A stretch of DNA of 64,000 nucleotides. It comes from an uncultured archaeon. Lineage in GTDB: Archaea; Altiarchaeota; Altiarchaeia; IMC4; SCGC-AAA252-I15. This document shows, in pieces, positions 18,948 to 28,738 of the stretch. Position numbers and translations under genes: made by a program. The notes beneath the pieces are model-generated. The model did not search any database. It was not told the origin of the DNA and was given only the letters and a program-made list of their open reading frames with translations. The stretch lies in contig CABMCB010000094.1 of the NCBI GenBank assembly GCA_902384455.1, positions 1 through 64,000 of the forward strand, written 5' to 3'. Each line of letters opens with the position of its first letter. The first letter of the stretch is position 1.

Positions 18948-19493
18948 TTAGAATATTGGCACTTCCCCTTTGAATCTTGCAGGAACCGTAATGCCGCGAT
19001 ACTGCAGTTGAAGAATCCGGTTTTCCGGGTGGTCTCTTAAAGCGGCCACGCATTGTTCGCGGTCGGCTTTTCGTTCTGCGCCACCAAGATTCTCCGGAGC
19101 CTCCACTATTTTTGTCATCAAGGAGAGTTCTATTTCACCATAAGCAGACCAAAGAGGCGGGCTTGCCCCCGCAACTGAATCAACGGGCAGTAACTGAGGC
19201 CGGTAAGGAGCTGCGGCGACGGGCGCCCCAACTATTGGGTCGCCTCCCGTTCTGCATAATGCGTCTCTGAAAGAATTGTATGCGGCAGGGACCTGTATCC
19301 CAAATTCTATGGCAGAAGCAACTTCTGGCACAAGCCGCCGTAATGCCGTACTCTTAGCATCATCTGCGCGGGCTTCCGTATAAGCAACAAGATGCTCCCT
19401 AGCACTAGCGCCTAAAACACCGCTAATAGCCGTCCATTCCTCTGCGCGCACTGTCTTTTGCCTAAGACCATCATCGCCTTGCGCTATCGCCAT
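18948..19493 (-). CDS. Hypothetical protein
   Basis: About 180-aa ORF filling the gap, no recognised motif. Confidence 0.55.
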   Translation of the reverse strand: MAIAQGDDGLRQKTVRAEEWTAISGVLGASAREHLVAYTEARADDAKSTALRRLVPEVASAIEFGIQVPAAYNSFRDALCRTGGDPIVGAPVAAAPYRPQLLPVDSVAGASPPLWSAYGEIELSLMTKIVEAPENLGGAERKADREQCVAALRDHPENRILQLQYRGITVPARFKGEVPIF

Positions 19494-19574
19494 AGTAAAT
19501 ACCGTGCAGAACAAACATAAAAGAGGGGGTTAGGCGCAAAGTCGCATTTAATTTTGCTTTCACATCCATATTCC

Positions 19575-20288
19575 ATGCATTCTCAAAAGGGAGATAACCG
19601 ATTGGCCACCAAGGCGAGAAGCAAAATTACTTCATTCGTAAGCCAGAACCCCGCCGTATTATTGCTAAACATCACAGCCCTGCTGACTTTCGCCAAGCTG
19701 CTTGACGACGTCGTGGAAAAAGAACTCGTATACGACATCGACACATGGATAAACCACATGACAGCGGCGATAAGAACACCGTTCACCAACGCGATAATCC
19801 TCAAAATCAACGAACTAATGACACCCATATTCATACTTCTAACGCTCACTACACTCGCATACCTAATAAACAGAAAAAAACTACGCGAAACAACCATCCT
19901 AACGCTAAGCCTAAGCTGCGGATACGCCTCAGAATACGCCATCAAACCCCTAATACACCGAGTGCGGCCGGAAAACGCCCTTCTTCCTAACGCAGACTAC
20001 AGTTTCCCAAGCGGACACGCAACGCTCTCGATAATCATCTTCGCCTTCATCGTCTACGCATTCAAAGACGAAATCAAAAGCGAACTAAAAAGATACGCGT
20101 TCATACTCGCCAACATCGCTGGCATAACCGCGGTCGGATTCGAACGAGTATACTTGAGCGTACACTGGACAAGCGACGTAGCAGCAGGATACGCACTAGG
20201 AATATTTTGGCTGACAACTATGGTACTAGCCCTAAACTATACGACCGCCAAAAAAAAGCGGCACCGCTTTTTAACGGAGGCGACATAA
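19575..20288 (+). CDS. PAP2 family phosphatase
   Basis: K...HRVRP, SFPSGH, RVYLSVHW.SDV. Confidence 0.92.
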   Translation: MHSQKGDNRLATKARSKITSFVSQNPAVLLLNITALLTFAKLLDDVVEKELVYDIDTWINHMTAAIRTPFTNAIILKINELMTPIFILLTLTTLAYLINRKKLRETTILTLSLSCGYASEYAIKPLIHRVRPENALLPNADYSFPSGHATLSIIIFAFIVYAFKDEIKSELKRYAFILANIAGITAVGFERVYLSVHWTSDVAAGYALGIFWLTTMVLALNYTTAKKKRHRFLTEAT

Positions 20289-20309
20289 AGACAGTACACG
20301 GTGGTAAAC

Positions 20310-20783
20310 ATGGCAAATGAAACTGCACGGACGGAAATCATCCAGCTCTTGAACAAAGCACTTGAACTCGAACATCAAGCTAACATCCAATACCTGTCGC
20401 ACGCGGAAGTAATAGACGGATTAAACTGCGAACCAATCATAGAGCGCCTTAAAGAAATCGCCTCGGACGAAGCAAAGCACGCGGAAAAATTCAGAACCCT
20501 GATAGGAGACTTCCTAGACGGGACGCCTTCCGTGAACATGGCGAAAGCCGTAAACGCCAAAACCATAAAAGACATCCTCGAAGTCAACCTGAAAGGCGAA
20601 AAAGAAGCCGTCGACTACTACAAAACAATCCTCAAGAAAATCTCAGACAACAAAGACAACCTCCCCTACACCTTCCTTACATTAGAACACGACATACGCC
20701 ACGTAATCATGGACGAACAAGAACACATAGCCGAACTAAGACGACTACTATCTAAGACAATCACAGACGTAGAGAAAAAATAA
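20310..20783 (+). CDS. Ferritin-like/bacterioferritin family protein
   Basis: ALELE...QY..H, DEAKHA, EKEAVDYY, DEQEH di-iron motifs. Confidence 0.9.
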   Translation: MANETARTEIIQLLNKALELEHQANIQYLSHAEVIDGLNCEPIIERLKEIASDEAKHAEKFRTLIGDFLDGTPSVNMAKAVNAKTIKDILEVNLKGEKEAVDYYKTILKKISDNKDNLPYTFLTLEHDIRHVIMDEQEHIAELRRLLSKTITDVEKK

Positions 20784-20891
20784 GCCGCCCGAAAGAAGCA
20801 GGCCGCTGAACCTGCCCCGCTTAATGCCGCATTAAACCCCCTTAAAGAGGGCATACACACAGGAATTATATTTTAGATACCAAAAGGTAGT

Positions 20892-22673
20892 GTGGAATTA
20901 CAGATTTTCTGGGCTACCGGCTTCACCCTACTAGTGTGGGCGACCTTTTTTTCCGTGTTTTCAGGCGTCGGGCTTTTAGTGTCCGCGCCGTTCAGGAAAA
21001 AATCGTTTAACGCAGAAAACTGGCTTATGTCGTTCTGGGTTGGGTGGGCGTCCACGATATTTCTTTTGCAGATAGGGCAGATTTTCCTGAAAGTAGACTA
21101 TAGGCTACTCACAATAGTTTCGTTGATAGGCGCGGTCGGCCTAACTCTCGGGCGGGCGGATTTGGCGCAGTTTATGAAAAAACTGCCTAAGCATTACTTT
21201 GTTTTATTTGTCTTCTTGGCGGCGTCTTTGTTGACCGCGAACCGCGCATTGCAGGCGGAGAGGTTGTCCGATAGCGGCTTGTATTACCTTAATTACGTAC
21301 GTTGGGTGGCTGAGTATCCTGTTGTCCCGGGACTTGGCAACCTGCACATCAGACTTGCTTTAAATAGCCCTTATTTTCTTTATGTCGCGCTTTTGGGGAC
21401 GTTGCCTTACAGTCCGGGCCATTTTGCTAACGGGCTTTTGATTCTGGTTTTTTTTGCGCAGGTTCTTTTGAGCATCCGTAGGGTTTTGGCGAAACAGGGT
21501 GCTGGTAGGGCTGATGTTTTTTGCGGCTTTTGCCTTTTCCCGGCGGTTACGCTGTTTTTTAGCGACGCAGTTCCGTCTTTATCGCCGGATTTGCCTGTTT
21601 TTATTTTGGGTTTTGTGGTTTCTGCCCAACTGCTGAGGTTGATTGAAGCCCACCGTTTCGACCAATCAAACGAGCATGTCCTTTTCTCAATAGTTGTTGT
21701 CGCTCTCGCGGGGGTTTTGGTAAGGTACGGCTTTTTTGTGTTTGGAGCAGCGAGCTTATATTGGGGGGTTTACGCGTACCGCCAAAAAAGTGAGGTAGGA
21801 CGCATACGCATCCGCTGGATGCCTAAGTGGTTGACTGCGATTGCGGCGATTGCCATCCTACCGGCCGTGTATAGGAACATTGTACTTACAGGTTACCCGT
21901 TTTTTCCCGTAACATACGGCGCTTTACCTGTGATATGGCAGGTGCCTCAAAGCGTAGTTTCTGACTATACGAACTGGGTGATGTCGTGGGCGCGCACGCC
22001 CGGACCCCACTGGTCAACGGTCCTGGGGAACTGGGACTGGATTAAGCCTTGGATAATCAGGACATCCGGCAATAGCGACGTCGTTTACCCCATGATCCTG
22101 ACTTTCGCAGCCTTAATTTTAATTGCCATGCAGCACTTCAAGAAGCGTATTTTAGGAAAAACCGTTGAAAGCGCAATTGTCTTCATACCGCCCCTGCTCA
22201 GTCTGATATGTTGGTTTTTTGTCGCCCCAGACCCCCGATTCGCAGGCGCGTCTTTTTGGGTAATAGGGTTGCTGGCACTAACGCTAGCAGTTTACTTAAG
22301 CAGACACCTGAAAAAAATATTCGCCGTGTACATAACCATATGCCTGCTTTACGCAGCCTCTCAAATATTCGTCGACGACGGAGGCCTTATTCCCGCGTTA
22401 AACGATAAAGGTTTGGAGGGAGCGTTAAAACAGCTGCGTTGGAACCTCGTTCCTGCAGGTTACGACTCGGGATTCCATCGAACAGAGCCCGTCGGCTTAA
22501 AGCATTATGTGACGAATTCAGGGTTGGCCGTTTATGTGCCGGCTGAGGGTGATGGTTGCTTTGATTCTCCGCTTCCTTGCACCCCGGAACCTAACCCTGC
22601 TTTGAATCTGCTTAACGGAAACGATTTGGGAGGCGGCTTTTACGTTCAAACAAAAAACGCATCAGGAAGCTGA
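20892..22673 (+). CDS. Polytopic membrane protein (GT-C/LIC_10190-like)
   Basis: DSGLYY, PGLGNLH.RLA.NS, TGYPFFP, APDPRF, C.DSPLPCTP. Confidence 0.7.
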   Translation: MELQIFWATGFTLLVWATFFSVFSGVGLLVSAPFRKKSFNAENWLMSFWVGWASTIFLLQIGQIFLKVDYRLLTIVSLIGAVGLTLGRADLAQFMKKLPKHYFVLFVFLAASLLTANRALQAERLSDSGLYYLNYVRWVAEYPVVPGLGNLHIRLALNSPYFLYVALLGTLPYSPGHFANGLLILVFFAQVLLSIRRVLAKQGAGRADVFCGFCLFPAVTLFFSDAVPSLSPDLPVFILGFVVSAQLLRLIEAHRFDQSNEHVLFSIVVVALAGVLVRYGFFVFGAASLYWGVYAYRQKSEVGRIRIRWMPKWLTAIAAIAILPAVYRNIVLTGYPFFPVTYGALPVIWQVPQSVVSDYTNWVMSWARTPGPHWSTVLGNWDWIKPWIIRTSGNSDVVYPMILTFAALILIAMQHFKKRILGKTVESAIVFIPPLLSLICWFFVAPDPRFAGASFWVIGLLALTLAVYLSRHLKKIFAVYITICLLYAASQIFVDDGGLIPALNDKGLEGALKQLRWNLVPAGYDSGFHRTEPVGLKHYVTNSGLAVYVPAEGDGCFDSPLPCTPEPNPALNLLNGNDLGGGFYVQTKNASGS

Positions 22674-22749
22674 GCAAGACCCATTGAACGCAAACCCCCC
22701 GCAGGGAGCCATCTAGACGTTTTATGCCCCCCATCAGTACTATCATATA

Positions 22750-23283
22750 ATGCAACCCCCGTCAACCGTACCCGCCGAAAAACTTAGGAGAATTATCGCG
22801 AGCAAGACGGTGTCTGACGCTGATTTGGAACTCCTGGGAACATTAATGCTTAAAGGAGACTTAAGCAGCGAAGCTGCCGAACGGATTCTCCAAGGAAAAA
22901 CCACCGTACGCGGCGGCTCACGCAGGCAAACTCCCAAAAAAGATTACCGCATCGAGGAGGATGAAGGAGCAGTAAGAATCGAAATGCAAGACGGCGAGAA
23001 AATAGGGGATTTCCAATGGAGCACACGCAAGTTTTCAGGAAAGCCTGTGATGTTCATACACGAGATTTACGTCGAACCCGAATACAGAGAGAAAGGATAC
23101 TGATCCCATCTAATGGAATACGCCAGTGGAATAGCAAAAAGAGACGGATTGAACGGCATCATGCTTGAAGTGGACCAGCACAACACCCGCGCAATAGACT
23201 TCTTCTCACGACAAGGCTTCTTCGAAATCGACGCAACAAGCCGAGGAAACCAAGACACACTAACAATGCTGAAAGAAACATAA
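22750..23283 (+). pseudogene. GNAT acetyltransferase interrupted by an in-frame TGA (23101-23103)
   Basis: Reads ..VEPEYREKGY*SHLMEY..LEVDQHNTRAIDFFSRQGF..; the stop falls at the second Gly of motif A. Confidence 0.8.
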
Positions 23284-23368
23284 TACGGCCCTCAGTTGCG
23301 ACTTTTTACAACCCATACGCCCAGTACCCCAACATACCCACTCACATGAACGAAACGCCGAAACACAT

Positions 23369-24175
23369 TCACACCCCAGACAGCTTCTGGCCAAAATAAA
23401 TCCTCCGGTGATTAGTCGCCAAAGGATGCTTGGAGGGCTTCAACGGAGCCAGAACCCACTTCACCACATCTTCCACCGGAAAGTCCCCGGCATCGACGAC
23501 GTCCACCCTGAAACCCGCCGCCTCCATCCTACCGCGGAAGTCGAGGCCATAAATCCTAAGGTGATCATACTGCCCAAACAACCTCTCGCGCATCTTCGGC
23601 GAAGTAGCCGACGAATCCTCAAAAGTCGTCTCCAACCCATCCTTCTGAGGAACCGAAAAAACCGCGGTTCCCCCTGGAGCCAACACACGATAAACTTCCC
23701 TCAACGCCTTCAAATCGTCCGCGACGTGCTCCAGCACGTCGAAAGCAACCACCGCACCTAAGGACCCGTCCGCAAAACACCTCAAATCCGAGATGTCCGC
23801 CCGAAAATCCAAGCCACCATAAGAGTACCCGCCACCACCGAAGTCCGCGCTAAGGTACTCCCCCGCAACCTCCATCAGCCGCTTACTCAAGGAACCCTCA
23901 GGAGCGAAATGCAAAACCCGCCTACCCCCAAACAACCGACCGACCCCAAAACGGTCTATACAGGAGACTGCAGCCCAAAAAAGCCGATGCCTAACCTGCG
24001 ACCCGCAACGGGGACAGACTGTCCCAGGATGCCACCTGTCGCCTGAAAACCTGAAGCCAACCCAACCGCAGAGATTGCACTCCAACCTCCGCCCGCCAAA
24101 AAACACGGGGAGGCCGTACAGAAAACTCTCAAAACGCCTAACCCAACGGCGAACCCAAACCCGCAGACCCGCCAT
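23369..24175 (-). CDS. Class I SAM methyltransferase with N-terminal Zn ribbon
   Basis: CNLC..CPRCGS..RHR, VLHFAPE, DVLEHV, FGQYDHLRIYG. Confidence 0.85.
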   Translation of the reverse strand: MAGLRVWVRRWVRRFESFLYGLPVFFGGRRLECNLCGWVGFRFSGDRWHPGTVCPRCGSQVRHRLFWAAVSCIDRFGVGRLFGGRRVLHFAPEGSLSKRLMEVAGEYLSADFGGGGYSYGGLDFRADISDLRCFADGSLGAVVAFDVLEHVADDLKALREVYRVLAPGGTAVFSVPQKDGLETTFEDSSATSPKMRERLFGQYDHLRIYGLDFRGRMEAAGFRVDVVDAGDFPVEDVVKWVLAPLKPSKHPLATNHRRIYFGQKLSGV

Positions 24176-24205
24176 ACATCACCTATCTGAAAAACAAGAT
24201 AAAAA

Positions 24206-24320
24206 TGGGCCGCCCCGAAGCAGGCGCGAATCCGGCGGCGTCCTGATCAAACGCCTGAGGCAGACCAAGCAACCCAGCAGGAGGCGAACTTGCCGACATA
24301 GCGCCCTACTTAGGCAGCAT
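24206..24320 (-). ncRNA. Candidate unclassified structured ncRNA (~115 nt)
   Basis: 5' GCUGCCU-AAGUAGG pairs with 3' CCUGCUU-GGGCGGC; internal GGCGUUU/GGACGCC hairpin; G-U pairs favour the minus strand; TTAAAAA about 26 nt upstream and a U5 tract downstream. Confidence 0.55.
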
Positions 24321-24467
24321 AGTCCGCCTCTTAAGGCGCTTTTTAATGCCCACAATCCTAGTACATAGACACCGAAAACACCGGAATTTTCCCTTACCTG
24401 TGGCGTACTCTCTTTCTACCACGGCTAGGCATACCGCCAAAGACTAGTTTACTGCATTCTGTCAGTC

Positions 24468-24482
24468 CACACAGTGTATAAT
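24468..24482. repeat. Left copy of CACACAGTGTATAAT motif
   Basis: Identical 15-mer occurs twice within 47297-47344. Confidence 0.8.
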
Positions 24483-24809
24483 GACGACTTTTTAGAGGCG
24501 ACTTTTTCGCTGTTTGTATAATAGTCGGCTTTTAGGTCTTCTCTGCCGATACGAACTGGAGGGACCTGTTAGCAGGAGCGTGAAAAACGTTGTATTTCCA
24601 GCAACTTTGCGTTCCATAAATTCAAGGGTGTAACGTTTCTTTAATTTGGTGAAGAGGGGTTGAAGAAACCTGCTTTGAACGCGTTAAGGCTGGATTAGCC
24701 GCTTTTTCTACCTCTTTCTAAGCTTCTTTAAAACCACCTTCTCATTGTCGTGCCCTGTTTAATGCTAATAATCCGCTAATCCATTAGGTTGACTGGTGGT
24801 GGCAAAATT

Positions 24810-25505
24810 ATGAGAAACTTAGGTAAAAGAAAATCGCGTAGTTTAGTGGTTGATCAGTTAGAGAATTTATCCAAGAGATGGTTTACTACTCACTATAATC
24901 TTATTACTGAAGCCATCGGAGATTCCCCCGGCATCTATGCTCTCTATGATGGTGATGAGTTGTATTATGTGGGTAAATCGATAGAGCTCAGGAAGCGAGT
25001 AAAAGAGCATCTTCGGGATAGGCACTTAGCTAGTTGGACTCGTTTTAGCTTATTTCTTGTACGGAAAGAGGAACATATCCCTGAAATTGAATCTTTGATA
25101 GTTAGAATCGCTAATCCAAAGGGGAATAGGCAAGTACCAACGGGAAGAGCAAGCAGTTCTATGTTGAAGACTCTTGTAGCTAAGCTCAACGAGGAGTTTA
25201 ATCAGGAAAAGGAGGAATTAATCGGCGGCTTAAAATCGAAAGGTGCAGGAAGAGTTAAGATGTCTATTGGAAGAGAACTGCAAGGCTTAGTTTCTAAGAA
25301 AACGCCGCTATATAAAACGTATAAAAACAGGGAGTATCAAGCAATTTTGACGCCATCTGGGGTTATCCGGTACAAAAATAAGGATTACACTAACCCAACC
25401 GCAGCAGCGAAAGCAGTTGTGGGGCGATCATCAGTAAACGGTTGGATCTTTTGGTACATCCAAGACCCAAAAGGCGACTGGATAAGACTTTCAGAATATA
25501 ATTGA
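24810..25505 (+). CDS. GIY-YIG nuclease fused to RAMA-like domain
   Basis: GIYALY..YYVGKS..LRKRV.EH; C-terminal Y.NPTAAAKAV..SVNGWIFW. Confidence 0.8.
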   Translation: MRNLGKRKSRSLVVDQLENLSKRWFTTHYNLITEAIGDSPGIYALYDGDELYYVGKSIELRKRVKEHLRDRHLASWTRFSLFLVRKEEHIPEIESLIVRIANPKGNRQVPTGRASSSMLKTLVAKLNEEFNQEKEELIGGLKSKGAGRVKMSIGRELQGLVSKKTPLYKTYKNREYQAILTPSGVIRYKNKDYTNPTAAAKAVVGRSSVNGWIFWYIQDPKGDWIRLSEYN

Positions 25506-25567
25506 TTCTAGAGATTTTTGTATCCCTATTAGAATCATGTCTTGACAGGGGTTGACTAAGACTAACG

Positions 25568-27349
25568 TTATTTTGGTTGGAGCATATTTAGGACAATTTC
25601 TTTAAGGTTCTGGTGTCGTTCTGTTAGTTTTTGCATATCCCATCGATCTAAGCCTTCTAATTCTTTAGTAATAAGGAACTCTGTGCTCTTCTTTTTTTTG
25701 TAGAAGTATGTATCTTTCTTCTTCTTGAATTCAAAATTTTGTGCTGATGAATTTCTCATTCCGCTAAGTAGCACAAGGTTTCCTAATTTGTTGGTCCATT
25801 CGAGTCTTTGTTCTTCAGAAAACAGCCGCTGCCATTCACTATCTTTTGGCGGATTTCTTGGCAGAATATGTTCAACAGTAATAAGCCCAGTATATTCTTT
25901 ACTAATATTAGCTAGTTCTGATTTTTCAACGTCAATCCGTAGGAGGAAATATCTTGCTAATCGGCCACCGTATATGCTATACAATTGCGGGTGGTCTAGG
26001 ACGTCAGTTAGTATTTTTTTGACTTCTAACTGGTTACGATAGTCGATAAATCTTGCTTTTTTACCGCGAGAATCATCTTCGCGATAATATAACATCTTTT
26101 GGATAACCTCACTTGGGTCATCTGTAATATCAATTAATTTTATTATTCTATTGAAGCTTGTTGTCCTTTCGCTAAATGTAAATCCAGAGGATAACTCAAC
26201 AATCACCTTTTTCTCTAAAGTTAGGAGGAAATCGAGGAGAAGGTCTTCTCTTTTATACTTATGACAGAAGTGGATTAGGGGGGGTATCCAGTCCGCGAAG
26301 GGGATGTATTGCCCCATCAAATTTACGATTATTTTATATCTGTTCTTTGTTACTGAGTCGGTAGTGTTGATCTCGCCCTCAATTATCTTTTCCTTGTAAA
26401 TGTCTGCAATTTCCTTAACCAATTTAATGAATGCAGGGCCTTGAGGAAGGAGTTTCTTTTTAAAAATGGTCTGGTATTCTTCGTATATGCTTACTTTGGC
26501 TTTTTCCTGAAGTATTATAGTCCTTAAGAACCCCATTACATCTTCAAGTTCTTCTCTTCCGATGCTTTCTTCTATATCCACCCAGATTTTAGCGTATTTC
26601 CTTCTTTCGTTAGAATCTGATATCTCTCCAAGGCTTTCGTTCTTTAGTAAATCTGATGTTGTGAGTGGGAGTCCTCTAGCGTTTAGCACACTAAAGAGCC
26701 TAAATGCAGATATAAGATCTGTTGTTTTGATGTAAACGATATATACTCTATTCAGAAGATATTTCACAAAAGATTCTCTATCGGTTATTTCTTCTAATTT
26801 CGTCTTGAAGGTGGAAATAGCTTCGTATAAATGGTAGCGTGGAGTTTCTTCATCAATAAACTTTATCCGCTTATTTTCAAAATCTTTTAAGAATAGTGCA
26901 GTCCCTCCTATGGAGTACACATATTTTCTAAAATCATCTTTTAGTTCGTCCCAAGGCGTTACTTTCATAGCCTCTGGAATTTCTTTTAACGTATCCTCTT
27001 CAAGGTAGATGTATTTTTGTATTTGAGCCTTTTGCTTTTCATCCGAAGTGTTATCTCTTATGACTGCTAAAAGAACGGAGAGGGATACAATTCGTTGCTG
27101 ACCATCAATAATCTCAAATAGATTTTTACCTTTTCCTTGAAGGATTATCGAACCAATAAAATACTGTTCCTCCCCGCTTGTTTGAGCATCATAAATGTCT
27201 TCTATTAATTTCTGAAAATTTTCGCTTGTCCAGCTCAATGGTCTTTGGTATTCCGGTACTTCGAAAAGGAATTCATCACTAAAAATACGGGATAATAGTA
27301 CTTCTCTGGCCTCTATCTTTCGTTCTACTTCCATTCGTTCTACTTCCAT
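25568..27349 (-). CDS. DUF262 + DUF1524 (GmrSD/SspE-like) nuclease
   Basis: VPEYQRPLSW, IIDGQQR, LNARGLPL, VEHILP, LGNLVLL..RNS. Confidence 0.92.
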   Translation of the reverse strand: MEVERMEVERKIEAREVLLSRIFSDEFLFEVPEYQRPLSWTSENFQKLIEDIYDAQTSGEEQYFIGSIILQGKGKNLFEIIDGQQRIVSLSVLLAVIRDNTSDEKQKAQIQKYIYLEEDTLKEIPEAMKVTPWDELKDDFRKYVYSIGGTALFLKDFENKRIKFIDEETPRYHLYEAISTFKTKLEEITDRESFVKYLLNRVYIVYIKTTDLISAFRLFSVLNARGLPLTTSDLLKNESLGEISDSNERRKYAKIWVDIEESIGREELEDVMGFLRTIILQEKAKVSIYEEYQTIFKKKLLPQGPAFIKLVKEIADIYKEKIIEGEINTTDSVTKNRYKIIVNLMGQYIPFADWIPPLIHFCHKYKREDLLLDFLLTLEKKVIVELSSGFTFSERTTSFNRIIKLIDITDDPSEVIQKMLYYREDDSRGKKARFIDYRNQLEVKKILTDVLDHPQLYSIYGGRLARYFLLRIDVEKSELANISKEYTGLITVEHILPRNPPKDSEWQRLFSEEQRLEWTNKLGNLVLLSGMRNSSAQNFEFKKKKDTYFYKKKKSTEFLITKELEGLDRWDMQKLTERHQNLKEIVLNMLQPK

Positions 27350-27488
27350 TGTATCTACTCTAATAAAGAAGCTATATTAAGTGTATCTATTCCGAGCGAT
27401 AACAGTAAACACCCCTTTTTTCGCACAATCATTTTGGAAGGATTAATGAGGTCTGGCTCTTTAAGTCATTATTCTATCCTTTATTGTT

Positions 27489-28703
27489 ATGAAGTATTCG
27501 TATTCTCGTCTTCAGTGTTTTGAGAATTGTCCTTTGTCATTCAGATTCCGGTATATCGATAAGCTAGAGGTTGAGGCTTTTGAGACTATTGAGGCGTTCA
27601 TGGGTTCAAGAGTCCATGAGGCTTTAGAGAAGTTCTACATCGATAGAAATCATGGAAAAATAGCCTCGATTGAGGAGCTTATCGTCGGCTACAATGACTT
27701 GTGGAAGCGCTATCTTACTCCGGATATCGTAGTGAATAAAGAGGGTTTGACGCCGGAGCATTACCGGATCGTCGGGGAGAAATGCCTAATCGACTACTAT
27801 AACCGCTATAAGCCCTTTGCAATCGGCAAGACGCTTAGTACCGAGGTGATGGTCAACATTGACCTCCTAGGCGACGGGGAACACCAGTTCATAGGCTATA
27901 TCGACCGCCTAGATGCCGTCAACGATGGCGTATACGAGATCCACGATTATAAGACTAGCCAGCACCTACCGACCCAAGACCAGAAGGACCGGGACCAGCA
28001 GCTTGCCCTCTACGAAATAGGGATACGACAGATGTGGGACGACATCAAGGAAGTAGATCTAATCTGGCATTACCTCGTGTTCGACAAGGAAATCAGATCA
28101 AAAAGGACAAGCCAACACCTAGAAGACCTAAAGCAAGAGTTTCTAAACGTCATAAAGCGGATCGAGGAAGCCGAAGCCAAAGACGACTACCCTGCCATCG
28201 AATCCGGCTTATGCTCCTGGTGCGCCTACCAAGAACACTGTAAACTCAAGAAACACCAGGTGAAAACGAAGCAGCTACCGCTGAACAAATACATGACAGA
28301 GGAGGGCGTAGTCCTAGCCAACAAGTACTCCGAATTGAAAGCAAAAGAGAAGGAGTTCACGGATTGGTTCGAGGGCGAATACAATCAGCTCGCCGAAGCA
28401 CTCATAGCCTACGCCAAAAAAGAAGGCGTAGAATTCATCTATGGAACAGACAAACGAGTACGCGTAGCCATAAAAGAAGCACTCAAATTCCCCGCCGCTG
28501 AAACCCCAGAACGCCAAAAACTAGAGGAAATCCTCAAAAAAGACGGTTTCTGGGAAGACGTAAGCACCCTAAACATCCGGGGACTAGAGAAGAAAATACA
28601 GGAACACGAATTTCCATCCCAACTAGAAAAAATACTTAAAAAATACGCCACAACAGAAGAAACCACGCGACTAACACTAAGCAAAATCAAAGAAAACGAC
28701 TAA
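27489..28703 (+). CDS. RecB/AddB/Cas4-like PD-(D/E)xK nuclease with Fe-S Cys motif
   Basis: SYSRL..F..CP, GSRVHEALE, GYIDRL..IHDYKT, QLALY, CSWCAY..HC. Confidence 0.9.
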   Translation: MKYSYSRLQCFENCPLSFRFRYIDKLEVEAFETIEAFMGSRVHEALEKFYIDRNHGKIASIEELIVGYNDLWKRYLTPDIVVNKEGLTPEHYRIVGEKCLIDYYNRYKPFAIGKTLSTEVMVNIDLLGDGEHQFIGYIDRLDAVNDGVYEIHDYKTSQHLPTQDQKDRDQQLALYEIGIRQMWDDIKEVDLIWHYLVFDKEIRSKRTSQHLEDLKQEFLNVIKRIEEAEAKDDYPAIESGLCSWCAYQEHCKLKKHQVKTKQLPLNKYMTEEGVVLANKYSELKAKEKEFTDWFEGEYNQLAEALIAYAKKEGVEFIYGTDKRVRVAIKEALKFPAAETPERQKLEEILKKDGFWEDVSTLNIRGLEKKIQEHEFPSQLEKILKKYATTEETTRLTLSKIKEND

Positions 28704-28738
28704 TAATCTCTAAATTAATACATAATAGGTCGAGGTCT

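Noticed and set aside
23101-23103. TGA recoded as Gly or Sec
   Set aside because: Many genes here end in TGA (nrdD, nrdG, hyfB); only one case seen, at a Gly rather than Cys position
24206-24320. SRP RNA, tRNA-Sec or 5S rRNA identity for the structured element
   Set aside because: No helix-8 CAGG..GGAA..AGCA motif, no T-loop or cloverleaf, no 5S conserved loops
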